A stretch of 39,283 nucleotides of DNA from assembly GCA_043813365.1 (NCBI GenBank), contig JBDRLB010000046.1:1-39283 (forward strand). The letters run 5' to 3'. Positions within the stretch are counted from its first letter, which is position 1; every line of letters starts with the position of its first letter. Of this stretch, positions 25,403 through 34,473 are shown piece after piece. Under the pieces are notes generated by a model that searched no databases, was not told the origin of the DNA, and saw only the letters and a program-made list of their open reading frames with translations. The translations under genes and the position numbers were made by a program. This DNA comes from Candidatus Micrarchaeota archaeon. Its GTDB lineage: Archaea > Micrarchaeota > Micrarchaeia > Norongarragalinales > SBBD01.

Positions 25403-27058
25403 TTAGTGCCCGCCGTGCGAGCTTCCGTGGGAGCCGCCGTGCTGTATCTCATGCTTTATGCTCTCCATGTGGTGGCCGCTTGATGGCTCGTCGCCGCGCC
25501 TTCCGACCATGAAGAATAGCAATATGACTACTAGTATGACCGCGCCCAGGACCGCATTGCCGGAATTCAGGGAGAACATGCCCGTGAAGCCGCCTGCTTT
25601 GCCCGAAATTTTCGGCAGCGTTTCAGTTGCAAGCACCTTTCCGTCCTTTGAAATTACGAGCTTCGGGGTCGCTTCGGCTTCAGAAGCCATTGTGATTTCA
25701 AAATTCACCTTCTTCTCCGAATTCGCTGCTATTGTTATTGGGGAAATTTCAGATACCTTCCAATCAGTTGGAAGCCCGGTCACTTCCACATCCAGATCCG
25801 TCAGCGCGAAATTCTCGGCATTCTTGATGGTTGTGAACACTTTCAGCACATTGTCCGTCTGCTCCTGATTGGCAGTAACTGCAACGGCATCCTCCTGGTC
25901 TGCAACAACATCGTTTGCTACAGTAAGGATTGTGTAGGCGCTCTCCGATGCATCCTCTGAAACCGCTTCAAACTGCAGCTCGTATGTGCCAGACGATATT
26001 TTGGAGGTTTTTACCAGCACATCGACCATTTTTGATGCGCCTGCCCTGAGGATGAACTCCCTCGGAAGCACGGAAATCTCGTTTTGGATCTCGCTGTTCA
26101 GCGCTGAAATCCTATAGTGCTGGGAAGTGGTGCCTTCGTTGGCAACTTCCAGCTGGATAGTCATGTCTTTTGAAGTGCGTGCGCTTGCCTTTGAGGGAGC
26201 AATGAATGAGCTCTTGAACTCGTCCTGCAGGTCAACGCAAACATCCTTCTCTGCTATCAGCTCATCCAGATGGAGCACCTGAACAGTAACGAAAATCCTT
26301 CCTGCGCTTGCCTCCGCTTCGGGTTTTATGTCAACTGTAATTTCCTGAGAATCGCTTCTCTGCAGCGAAAGCCCGTCCCTGGAAGGGAATGCCTGCACAT
26401 TGGAATCGGAAATGACATCGATGTCGAAATTGCCGGCTGCGCCGCGGTTTGCAATTGTAAGCCTCACGCTTCCTATTTCGCCCCTGCTGATTGATGCGCA
26501 TGAATCCCCTCCAGTCATTCTCAGTTTGTAGGAAGTGGGGTCGAATTCTGAGCTGTAAACAAGCCGGCTTTCCTTCGGGGCGATGTTATCAACCAAATAG
26601 CAGCCGGTTGTGCCGCAGGAATAGCCGGAGATGAACTGCGTCCTTGAAGCATATCCTTCTATGTAAGTTGAACACTGCCTTGCAGGTTCTACGTATACGA
26701 TTACCTTCTTGCTTGCTGTTTCGCAGCTTGTTGAGGAGCAAAGCTGTGCATAAATAGAGACGGACTCGGAACCCCTGAAGCAATCTGGTGCGCTGATATG
26801 GATGGTCGCGCCTCCTGTTGATCCTGCACGGATGGTTTGGTCGAACTGGTCCGCGTATGCATTAAGGCGGTGACCATCAACTGAAAGGTAGAGGTCCTTT
26901 TCCTCACTAGCAGTATTTTTCACGTAAACGAATACCGATCCTTCTGTCGAGGAGATCGAAATGGAGTCGTCGGAAGTGCGCAAATCAATCGCATTCACGG
27001 AAACGACTAATGCAAATAGAATGAGCAAGATGCCAGTTGCTATTGTTTTCAGGTCCAT
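25403..27058 (-). CDS. Secreted, C-terminally anchored Ig-like domain protein with His/Gly-rich cytoplasmic tail
   Basis: Signal peptide; NEW3/CARDB-like strands (NEGTT, GLPTDW); paired Cys; C-terminal TM; tail HHMESIKHEIQHGGSHGSSHGGH; AGGTGA RBS. Confidence 0.85.
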   Translation of the reverse strand: MDLKTIATGILLILFALVVSVNAIDLRTSDDSISISSTEGSVFVYVKNTASEEKDLYLSVDGHRLNAYADQFDQTIRAGSTGGATIHISAPDCFRGSESVSIYAQLCSSTSCETASKKVIVYVEPARQCSTYIEGYASRTQFISGYSCGTTGCYLVDNIAPKESRLVYSSEFDPTSYKLRMTGGDSCASISRGEIGSVRLTIANRGAAGNFDIDVISDSNVQAFPSRDGLSLQRSDSQEITVDIKPEAEASAGRIFVTVQVLHLDELIAEKDVCVDLQDEFKSSFIAPSKASARTSKDMTIQLEVANEGTTSQHYRISALNSEIQNEISVLPREFILRAGASKMVDVLVKTSKISSGTYELQFEAVSEDASESAYTILTVANDVVADQEDAVAVTANQEQTDNVLKVFTTIKNAENFALTDLDVEVTGLPTDWKVSEISPITIAANSEKKVNFEITMASEAEATPKLVISKDGKVLATETLPKISGKAGGFTGMFSLNSGNAVLGAVILVVILLFFMVGRRGDEPSSGHHMESIKHEIQHGGSHGSSHGGH

Positions 27059-27110
27059 TATATCACCTTAATGTAGCCGAGTTCAACCCTACGTAGTATG
27101 CCGGAAGAAC

Positions 27111-27160
27111 TATTTAAACTTTTGCATTTGTTACTCCCTTACAGTAATAACATTTAAATA
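27111..27160. promoter_or_regulatory. Divergent TATA boxes flanking a TTACT-N7-AGTAA inverted repeat
   Basis: TATTTAAA at 27111-27118 (minus-strand TATA), TTTAAATA at 27153-27160 (plus-strand TATA), inverted repeat at 27131-27147. Confidence 0.5.
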
Positions 27161-27198
27161 CTGGAGATATCATATCCTATAATGCGGAAGTGTTATTT

Positions 27199-28068
27199 AT
27201 GACGGAAAACGCTATTTCTGAACAGGAGCCTGCAGTGGAAGAAAGGCTTATAAACCACCCTTCAGTAGGCAATATTGATATTATGCAGAACCCCCAGTTG
27301 CTCAATTTCCTCCGCAATTTGGGGTTGAACCAGTATGAGGCGCAGGCATACCTTGCACTCTCATTGGGAGGGGTTAATACTGCTGGTGAGATCGCTGAAG
27401 TAGGCAAAATCGCGCGCCCCCGGGTTTACGATGTGCTTGATAAGCTGCAGGAGAAGGGGTTTGCTGCATTGAAGAGCGGAAGGCCGGTGAAGTACGCACC
27501 GGTACCGATTTCCGAGGCAATACAGACGCTTAAGAAGCACAAGGAAAACGCCTTGCATGATGAACTGCTAAAAATAGAGGAATTGGGGGTAAGCCTTCGG
27601 AAAACGCTCGATAAAACATCAGGAACGAAGAAATTTGATGTGGAGGAGAACGTATGGACTTTGAGGGGAAGGAATACCATTTATTCGAGGATTGCGGACA
27701 TGCTGCAGAACTCGAAAAACGTTGTTGTTGTTAATTCGCATCCGGACGGGATTGTTCGAAAATTCAAGGCTAATCAGCTGCATTTTGAGAAGGCGAAAGC
27801 TCGCGGAGTGAAAATCCACCTGATTTCGCCGCTTTCCCAGATTGAGGATAAGAGGCATGCGCTGTTTTCAAATAATTCCCCGATTAAAGGCATTGCACAT
27901 TCCATAATTGACAGGAAACTTCCTACAAGGATGGTTCTTGCGGATGATGAGGCGATGATATTCCTTACAAAGGAGGATTCCGGCCCGGAGGATGAAGTGG
28001 GGCTTTGGCTCAAGAATCCGGAAATGGTCACTACTTTGAGGGAAATCGCGCTGCAGAAGCGCGAATGA
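27199..28068 (+). CDS. TrmB-family transcriptional regulator
   Basis: LGLNQYEAQAYLAL...TAGEIA...IARPRVYDVLDKLQEKG...GRPVKY winged helix; C-terminal PLD-like/effector region (RGVKIHLI, RMVLADD). Confidence 0.92.
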   Translation: MTENAISEQEPAVEERLINHPSVGNIDIMQNPQLLNFLRNLGLNQYEAQAYLALSLGGVNTAGEIAEVGKIARPRVYDVLDKLQEKGFAALKSGRPVKYAPVPISEAIQTLKKHKENALHDELLKIEELGVSLRKTLDKTSGTKKFDVEENVWTLRGRNTIYSRIADMLQNSKNVVVVNSHPDGIVRKFKANQLHFEKAKARGVKIHLISPLSQIEDKRHALFSNNSPIKGIAHSIIDRKLPTRMVLADDEAMIFLTKEDSGPEDEVGLWLKNPEMVTTLREIALQKRE

Positions 28069-28123
28069 TTTTTGCCCCAAGTATTCGATACACTAATGCC
28101 TTATTCTGAATCAGCTTTCCCCT

Positions 28124-28204
28124 CTATCTGGTAAAAACAGTATACATTAGCGCAGCGATTATGAAGAACATTACTAGGTCGTGCTTTTCCCAGCCGTTTA
28201 CCAT
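28124..28204 (-). CDS. Putative 26-aa small membrane protein
   Basis: MVNGWEKHDLVMFFIIAALMYTVFTR*, AAGGGA upstream, single hydrophobic stretch; below the ORF-track length cutoff. Confidence 0.4.
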   Translation of the reverse strand: MVNGWEKHDLVMFFIIAALMYTVFTR

Positions 28205-28333
28205 ATGCGGATCCCTTGAATTAATTTCCAACAATCAGGCAGAACCTGCTTAAAAGCCTATTCCCGCTAGGTGGCGGCTGCATTAAGGCTGAAGCTGGGG
28301 ATTTGAAAAAAAAGCACGGAAAAAAAGGAAAAA

Positions 28334-29017
28334 TCAGAAGATAATTTTCAGGTCGCTTGTGTCTGCTTTGCCAAATATATCCCAGAAATAGGCATATCTG
28401 CCGTTATCTTCTTCTCCAGATGTCAATACGGTCGAGCCGGCTCCGAAATATGCGTATTTGCCGCCGTCCTCATCACCATAATCCTCCCTTGCACCGCCAT
28501 TCATGAGGAAGCTCTGGTATCTGGTTCCCCCTTGCCCGCCGAAATATGCGTATTTGCCCTCGTCAACCGGCTGATCCTCAGTCCACATGAAATATGCGGG
28601 CCTGTCAATAATGTGAAGGAACGATGCCATCCTGCAGTCGCCGCCAGCTCCGAAATATGCGTATTTCTCGCTGTCAATTCCCCTTCCGCCGGGGTTGATG
28701 AGGAACCTTGCGGTTCTGCAGCCCGTGTCTCCGCCGAAATATGCATATTTGCCGCCTTGACCTTCACTGGAAATTGAAAGCACTGGATCAGTGATGTCCT
28801 TGAAATTCGCAACAGGTGCAACTGGGTCGCCGATGTCGCTTGCGATTGTTTTAACGTATCTGGTTTCACCACTACCGCCCATGAGGTTTGCAACCGGCGA
28901 GCCGCCGTCAGAAGGTTCTCCTGTTTGGTTCCAGATGTAATTGGCTCTCCCTCCGCCCATAGCTAATACAAAGAAGCCAATAAGAACAACAGCCGCAAAC
29001 AAAGCCAGTTTCCTCAT
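28334..29017 (-). CDS. Secreted low-complexity protein with repeated [KR]YAYF motifs
   Basis: Signal peptide MRKLALFAAVVLIGFFVLA; five [KR]YAYF copies plus one PAYF; TTTATATA TATA box upstream; T-tract terminator at about 28306-28333. Confidence 0.8.
   Translation of the reverse strand: MRKLALFAAVVLIGFFVLAMGGGRANYIWNQTGEPSDGGSPVANLMGGSGETRYVKTIASDIGDPVAPVANFKDITDPVLSISSEGQGGKYAYFGGDTGCRTARFLINPGGRGIDSEKYAYFGAGGDCRMASFLHIIDRPAYFMWTEDQPVDEGKYAYFGGQGGTRYQSFLMNGGAREDYGDEDGGKYAYFGAGSTVLTSGEEDNGRYAYFWDIFGKADTSDLKIIF
28381..28753 (-). repeat. Intragenic 17-20 bp direct repeats CCGAAATATGCGTATTTGCC encoding GKYAYFG
   Basis: Copies at 28443, 28539, 28650 and 28734 (spacings 96, 111, 84 bp, all multiples of 3), with degenerate copies near 28385 and 28589. 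Confidence 0.85.
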
Positions 29018-29130
29018 GCAACCACCTTTGATCCATTAAATTGCCGGAGGTATATAAAGATTTCTTTAACGGGGAAGAACAGGAATGGATGTGAAGTGAT
29101 GGAATGGGCTTGCACGGGATTCGCCCTTAA

Positions 29131-29790
29131 TCAGCGCTTCTTCAGAACAAGGAACATGTGGTCCTTCTCGAACATGCCCAAATCGATTTTTTCAAGCACT
29201 TCGAAATGCTGCATCAGGGAAGTGATCACTTTGGAATAAACCTGCTTCGGAGGGACGGAGCTGTCAATTGACCTTGATTTTATTGCGATCATGGCAATGC
29301 CGTTGTTTTTCAGGAAGTGGCTGCAATTATCCACTAAAATCTGCACCTGCTCCCGGTCCGCAACATCCTCATAAACAACATCTACTTTTTCAGTTATGAG
29401 ATCGGAATAGCGCTCGGGGAAGCGCGCATCCTCAATTATGGGAAAGAGGTTGGAGCGTTTTTCGGAAACTTTGATCAAATCCCTTCCGGATTGCGCTGAA
29501 AATTCAACCGCATAAATGGTGCCGTTCCCTACAATGTCGGAAAGGAAGGAGCAGGTTACGCCGTTTGCAGCGCCCAAATAGAGGATGGTTGTGCCCTCCT
29601 TGAAGGGGAAGGTGCGCAGCCCCCTTGAAATCGCAGCTGATAATTTGCTGTGAAACGGGTCCCATTCGCGGTAATCCCGGCTGCCCTCCTTGAAAACGAT
29701 TTCATCATGGACCTTGAACCCTTTAACTGCCGAAAGCGTTGCTGTTCTCCCATTGATCCGGTAAACTCCGGGGAATAGTTGCTGGGGCAT
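29131..29790 (-). CDS. flpA: Fibrillarin-like rRNA/tRNA 2'-O-methyltransferase
   Basis: YREWDPFHSKL, LYLGAANG, YAVEFS, EDARFP, YEDVA..QV and KSRSIDS motifs; start at MPQQLFPGVY (29790). Confidence 0.95.
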   Translation of the reverse strand: MPQQLFPGVYRINGRTATLSAVKGFKVHDEIVFKEGSRDYREWDPFHSKLSAAISRGLRTFPFKEGTTILYLGAANGVTCSFLSDIVGNGTIYAVEFSAQSGRDLIKVSEKRSNLFPIIEDARFPERYSDLITEKVDVVYEDVADREQVQILVDNCSHFLKNNGIAMIAIKSRSIDSSVPPKQVYSKVITSLMQHFEVLEKIDLGMFEKDHMFLVLKKR

Positions 29791-29848
29791 AATGATCAAG
29801 TAGATTTTGGCGAGGAGGATTATAAATGAGTAGCAGGAAAGTAGTATT

Positions 29849-31075
29849 ATGGCGGAATCGGTATTCGAAGGAATCATAAGGGAACGAAGAGGGATAGTGG
29901 AAAGCCTCGAAAAGCATGCGGATGGATCGCTTTCAGGCAAAGAGGCGGCACCATACTTTGCTAGAATTGCAAAGCTATATTTCGATTTCTCACAGAGAAT
30001 CGGGGCTGCGAAGGAAAATGAGGAGGAATCTGAAAAAGCAAGCGAGCTTAATGGATTGCTATTCAGGGGGCTCGAGCTGCTTGGAAATAAAATTCAAAAA
30101 AAGGAGGATAGGCTGCACGAAATGCTTGGTGGGGGGCATGGAATCGTTTCCACCACAAAGGTGCACGCAACTAACAATATTTTAAGGGTGTTTTTTGAAC
30201 CTCCACCCCGTAATAAGGAACGGTATGTGGCAACCAAATACAGGCGGGCCCGCTTATTCGAATCCTTGAAGTTCCTGCAGTTCAACAATGGGCTTTTTTG
30301 GGGCTCGATGGCAAAAATCCTGGATGGCGGCATAAAATTCTCGCCCCAAACATACAAATTGGATGATCATAGGATCTATTTGGATGAGGCGGGCAATATC
30401 GGCGCTAAGTCCGATGCATGGGTAGCGCTTTTTAGGAATATCCCCCACGTATTTGGCGATCCGGTATTTACAAGGGCAGTAAAGATTGGCTTTAAGTCCC
30501 CGGAATCGCATAAATCGGTTGTTCTAAGCATGCCCCAGTCGTTCGTGCTGTTCAGAAGCGTGAGCAATGCATTCCACCTTCAGAAAATGGAATATGCGTT
30601 CATGCTCCTAAAGAAGGGGATCCGGGCGTTCGGGCACGAAGATGCGGAAATGTTTTTAAATAAGTTCTACAACGATGGGGAATTTTACGACAGGATAGCC
30701 CACCCTAGCAATACTCCATACAATCCAAAGACGTTTGTAATCAACTCGTTAATTTCCCTGAAGAATAAAACAACCAAAATGCGATCGGAAAAGGCAGGGG
30801 CGCCGGAAGGGGTTTTGAATGCATTGAGATTGGCACGGCATAAGCCAGAAATCGAAATTTCTGTTGGAAAAGGGGGGGTGAGGGTGAGGAATACGGGATT
30901 TAGCGGTTTCTACCATAAGGAATTCACAGGCGTCTTAAAAGCGTTTGAAAGGGATGTCGTAGGAGAGGTACGCCACGGGTCCAGCACATATTACCAGCAG
31001 CAGGTCGCAAGGATTAGGCGGAGAATAACCGAAAATGGCGCTATAACGGAGCTGAGGTTCAGGAAGGCGGCGTGA
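29849..31075 (+). CDS. Hypothetical protein, possible degenerate C-terminal GHKL/HATPase-like domain
   Basis: 408-aa ORF with TTATAAA upstream; C-terminal EGVLNALRLA...VRVRNTGFSG...HG...GAITELRF pattern. Confidence 0.7.
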   Translation: MAESVFEGIIRERRGIVESLEKHADGSLSGKEAAPYFARIAKLYFDFSQRIGAAKENEEESEKASELNGLLFRGLELLGNKIQKKEDRLHEMLGGGHGIVSTTKVHATNNILRVFFEPPPRNKERYVATKYRRARLFESLKFLQFNNGLFWGSMAKILDGGIKFSPQTYKLDDHRIYLDEAGNIGAKSDAWVALFRNIPHVFGDPVFTRAVKIGFKSPESHKSVVLSMPQSFVLFRSVSNAFHLQKMEYAFMLLKKGIRAFGHEDAEMFLNKFYNDGEFYDRIAHPSNTPYNPKTFVINSLISLKNKTTKMRSEKAGAPEGVLNALRLARHKPEIEISVGKGGVRVRNTGFSGFYHKEFTGVLKAFERDVVGEVRHGSSTYYQQQVARIRRRITENGAITELRFRKAA

Positions 31076-32155
31076 TCAGCCGTAAACCGGCGTGACTTCA
31101 ACCAGATAGTCGGCTCCTGATTTAGAGATGGAGCTGATTTTCAGTTTTGGTTCGGAGCGGGAATCTGGTAACAATCTGGGCCCTTCCCCGAAAATTTCCG
31201 GCACAATTACAAAATAGCATTTGTCGAAAAGCCGGGCGCTGAAGAAGGAGGAAATGACTTTGCTGCCGCCCTCAATCATGAGCGTTCCGATGTTCCGCTT
31301 CCCCAATTCAAGGAGGAGGGAATTAAGGTTGAGGAGGCCGTTTTTTCCGTTGAGGGAAAGAACGGGATAACCTGATTTTTCGAGGAGACGGAGCTTATTT
31401 GCATCATGATTTTTCTTCCCGTAAACAACCAGAACATTCTTGTCCTTGAGAACTTTGGAATTAGGGGGTATTTGCAGCTTATCGTCAAGAATTATGCGGA
31501 GCGGGTTCTTTCCGCTCACAAAACGCGTCGTGAGGGAGGGGTCATCCTTGAGAACTGTGCCGATCCCTACAAGAATTGCATCCGATTGGGAGCGGAGTTG
31601 GTGGGCGAATATCAAGGAGGGTTTGCTGGAAAAATATTTTTTTGATGGATGGGTTATTCTCCCGTCGAGGCTCATTGCGACTTTCAGGAAAACATACGGT
31701 TTGCCGGTTGTGATGAACTTGAAATATGGAAGGTTGAGCGAAAGGGCGTCTTTTTGCAAAATACCGGTCGTGACTCTGATTCCGTTCTTCTTTAGGAGGG
31801 AGATGCTTTTGCCGCTTATGTGCGGGTTGGGATCGGTTGTAGCAATAACGATTCGGGAAATTCCGGATTTGATCAGCAAATCAGCACATGCCGGCGTCTT
31901 CTTTCCCTCGTAAAACAAGCAGGGCTCCAGATTGCAGTAAAGCGTGGCGCCTTTTGCGCTTTTGCCTGCCCCTTTAAGTGCAAAAACCTCAGCATGCGGG
32001 CCGCCGAATTTTTTATGGAACCCTTTACCGATGATTTTCCCGTTTTTGACGATGACACAGCCGACTAGGGGGTTTGTTTTTGTGCTTCCCCTGCCGTTCA
32101 ATGCGAGTTGCAAAGCAAGCCGCATGAATTTTTCATCGGAAAGATGTTTAGCCAT
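31076..32155 (-). CDS. ribD: Bifunctional riboflavin deaminase/reductase
   Basis: NPLVG, HAE, LEPC...TPAC zinc motifs; AMSLDG, DDPSLT, IEGG reductase motifs; start at MAKHLSDEKFM. Confidence 0.96.
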   Translation of the reverse strand: MAKHLSDEKFMRLALQLALNGRGSTKTNPLVGCVIVKNGKIIGKGFHKKFGGPHAEVFALKGAGKSAKGATLYCNLEPCLFYEGKKTPACADLLIKSGISRIVIATTDPNPHISGKSISLLKKNGIRVTTGILQKDALSLNLPYFKFITTGKPYVFLKVAMSLDGRITHPSKKYFSSKPSLIFAHQLRSQSDAILVGIGTVLKDDPSLTTRFVSGKNPLRIILDDKLQIPPNSKVLKDKNVLVVYGKKNHDANKLRLLEKSGYPVLSLNGKNGLLNLNSLLLELGKRNIGTLMIEGGSKVISSFFSARLFDKCYFVIVPEIFGEGPRLLPDSRSEPKLKISSISKSGADYLVEVTPVYG

Positions 32156-32213
32156 AAAAGTCGCCCAAATGGGGAATATTGACCCGGCACCATCCACCCG
32201 GAAATTGCCCATT

Positions 32214-32894
32214 TTATTTTATTTTTAGCATGTGGCCCAGTTTTTTCTTCTTTACTTTAAGGTAATTCTCATCATGCTTGTTTGAGGGCGGCTCAAGTGC
32301 GATGCGGCCGGTAACCGTAATTCCGCACGCGATCAGGGAGGCGAGCTTGAGGGGGTTGTTTGTGAGCAGCTTCACGGACTTTACCTTGAAATGCCTCAGT
32401 ATCTGCGCTGCCTGGTGGTATTCGCGGCCATCAATCGGGAGGCCGAGCGCGCGGTTTGCCTCGACCGTATCCATCCCCTTATCCTGCAAGGCATATGCCT
32501 TTATCTTGTTCCCGAACCCAATCCCCCTTCCCTCCTGCCTCATGTAGATTATCATTCCGCACTTGTTTTTCTGGATGAAGTTCATCGCCTCCTGCAACTG
32601 GGGGCCGCAATCGCACTTGAGCGAGCCAAAAGTGTCGCCAGTAAGGCATTCAGAATGGATGCGAACCGGCACATTTTCCTTGTTTTGAACGGTTCCTTTC
32701 ACTAAAACCGCATGCTCATTCCCGCCGTTCTCCGCTTCGAAAGCATATACCCTGAAATCGCCGTATTTGGTAGGGAGATTCGCCTGCGCAATTTCCTTGA
32801 TTGGAACATGGCATTTGTGCTTCGGGAAGGAGATTTTCAGTTTCATAGCATCATCTTGTTCTTTCGTTTTTTCGGCGGGGTAATTTCCGCCCAC
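32214..32894 (-). CDS. ribA: GTP cyclohydrolase II
   Basis: RIHSECLTGDTFGSLKCDCG, QEGRGIG, DTVEAN, LLTNNP, KLGH; the start may be the ATG at 32846. Confidence 0.96.
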   Translation of the reverse strand: MGGNYPAEKTKEQDDAMKLKISFPKHKCHVPIKEIAQANLPTKYGDFRVYAFEAENGGNEHAVLVKGTVQNKENVPVRIHSECLTGDTFGSLKCDCGPQLQEAMNFIQKNKCGMIIYMRQEGRGIGFGNKIKAYALQDKGMDTVEANRALGLPIDGREYHQAAQILRHFKVKSVKLLTNNPLKLASLIACGITVTGRIALEPPSNKHDENYLKVKKKKLGHMLKIK

Positions 32895-32900
32895 GCATAA

Positions 32901-33314
32901 TTATATTTTTCGTTTAAGTTCACATAATTCAATTGCTGCAATTGCCGCCCTTTTTGCATATGGTTTCGCCCGTGCTTTCGCCTGCTGCCAGCTGATTTTG
33001 GGGCCTAAAATTCCCAATGAAACCGGCTTTTTTTCTTGCAATGAGAGATCGAGCAGCTCCTTTGCAACAGCGTGCGAAATAAGTTCATCATGGCCGGTGG
33101 CGCCCTTTATTACTGCGCCAAGTGTGACAACCGCATCGATGTCTTTCCTTTTCAGCAGCAGTTGGGTGCCGAAGGGGATCTCGAACACCCCGGGGACGTG
33201 GACTATGGCCGCTATTTTGGCGCTTCTTTTTTTTGCTTCCAAAACCGCCTCCTCTTCCATTAAGGAAGTGATTTCGGGATTGAATTTTGCTATTACGAAA
33301 CCGATGTTGGCCAT
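32901..33314 (-). CDS. ribH: 6,7-dimethyl-8-ribityllumazine synthase
   Basis: AKFN, VPGVFEIP, TLGAVIKGATGHDE, KPVSLGILGP (archaeal-like). Confidence 0.95.
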   Translation of the reverse strand: MANIGFVIAKFNPEITSLMEEEAVLEAKKRSAKIAAIVHVPGVFEIPFGTQLLLKRKDIDAVVTLGAVIKGATGHDELISHAVAKELLDLSLQEKKPVSLGILGPKISWQQAKARAKPYAKRAAIAAIELCELKRKI

Positions 33315-33351
33315 AAATAACACCACAAACATATTGGATTTGAGTTGACAA

Positions 33352-33810
33352 CTACCTTATTTCGCCCTCATTCCCTTTTCCCTGCCGGATTCCTTTTCCC
33401 GCGTTTTTTGAGAGGGAGGAGGGGTCCTTGAGCAGCAGGTAGGCGTTAATCGCGTGCTTTCTTGCACGGTTTTCAGCTATTTTCAGCAGTTCTTTTTCAC
33501 CCTTGCCCTCGAATTCGAAAACGAAAACTTCGAGGATGTGCTTGTTGTGCTGCAATTTTGCCATTTGAATCCCGAGGGAGGCCTCGTGGGCGCATTGCTT
33601 GTCTATTTCTGCACCGCCAACCCAACCTAGGGCAATGCAAATGTCCGCTTTTTTCAGCAAACGGCTGCATTCAACAGCGAGATCCTTTATGCCGGGGACT
33701 GTTGAATAAATAATGTCAACATCCGCGTGCTTTTGCAACTCTTCGAGCGCAAATTTGGCCATGTCAACGCGTGCGAAAGTGGTGTCAACAACGCAGATTT
33801 TGTATTTCAT
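33352..33810 (-). CDS. ribC: Archaeal-type riboflavin synthase (lumazine-synthase paralogue)
   Basis: VDTTFARVDM, TVPGIKDL, ALGWVG, DKQCAHEASLG, HILEVFV, RARKHA, GKGIRQG signatures. Confidence 0.93.
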   Translation of the reverse strand: MKYKICVVDTTFARVDMAKFALEELQKHADVDIIYSTVPGIKDLAVECSRLLKKADICIALGWVGGAEIDKQCAHEASLGIQMAKLQHNKHILEVFVFEFEGKGEKELLKIAENRARKHAINAYLLLKDPSSLSKNAGKGIRQGKGNEGEIR

Positions 33811-33816
33811 GAAAAT

Positions 33817-34473
33817 TCAGCCCTTGTTTTTCGCATTCAGTATTTCGGAATATTCCAGAATGGGAATTTTATGTTTTTTTGCGTATTTTTTAGCGTCCTC
33901 GAAGGAGAGCGCATTGCCGTTCCCAAGCATCTCGCAGATCAGCATTGCAGGAGGGAGCGATGCAAGTTCGCATAACCGCACCGCCAGTTCCGTATGTCCC
34001 TTGCGTTCCCTCAGATCCCTTGCGAACAGGAGGGGCACGTGGCCCGGAACGTAAAAATTGGCAGCAAACTCCTTTGAAATGTTCCCCTTCTTCGCGATCA
34101 GTTTTGCCATTTCCCCTATGGTTTTGGAGCGGTCGTTGTCCGTGATGCCGGTATAAGTGCCGCGGTGGTTGATGGAAACGGAGAATGCGGATTCGTCCCC
34201 ATAAGGCGTCCTTGAGATCACCAGTTTGCGGAGAACGGAGTTTGGCGAATTGCGGAACGTTTCGGCAAGGAAGCTCATCCCTAGTCGCTTGCGTGTCTTT
34301 TTGTCTGTTGCAAAGCATATGAGCCCGCCGCCGTCCTTCCGGAAAGTGCTTATCTTGTCCGGTGTAGCAAACTGCGCAGGCACCATGAGGTCTGCTTCGC
34401 CCTCGCGGTGGTTGCCGTCGTGAACGATTATCATGCGGCCTTTCCGCAATGCGGCTAACGCGCTTTGGAGCAT
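33817..34473 (-). CDS. ribB: 3,4-dihydroxy-2-butanone-4-phosphate synthase (archaeal-type)
   Basis: REGEADL, DGGGLIC, PYGDESAFSVSINH, TGITDNDR, PGHVP, RKGHTE, CEML. Confidence 0.95.
   Translation of the reverse strand: MLQSALAALRKGRMIIVHDGNHREGEADLMVPAQFATPDKISTFRKDGGGLICFATDKKTRKRLGMSFLAETFRNSPNSVLRKLVISRTPYGDESAFSVSINHRGTYTGITDNDRSKTIGEMAKLIAKKGNISKEFAANFYVPGHVPLLFARDLRERKGHTELAVRLCELASLPPAMLICEMLGNGNALSFEDAKKYAKKHKIPILEYSEILNAKNKG

Noticed and set aside
28381..28753. Regularly spaced ~20-bp repeats resembling a mini CRISPR array
   Set aside because: Spacings are 84-111 bp and all multiples of 3, variation falls largely at synonymous positions, the repeats lie inside a signal-peptide ORF, and no cas genes are present.
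29791..29940. 50-aa N-terminal extension of fibrillarin given in the ORF track
   Set aside because: It overlaps the divergent gene at 29849 and its promoter; fibrillarin similarity starts at MPQQLFPG (29790).
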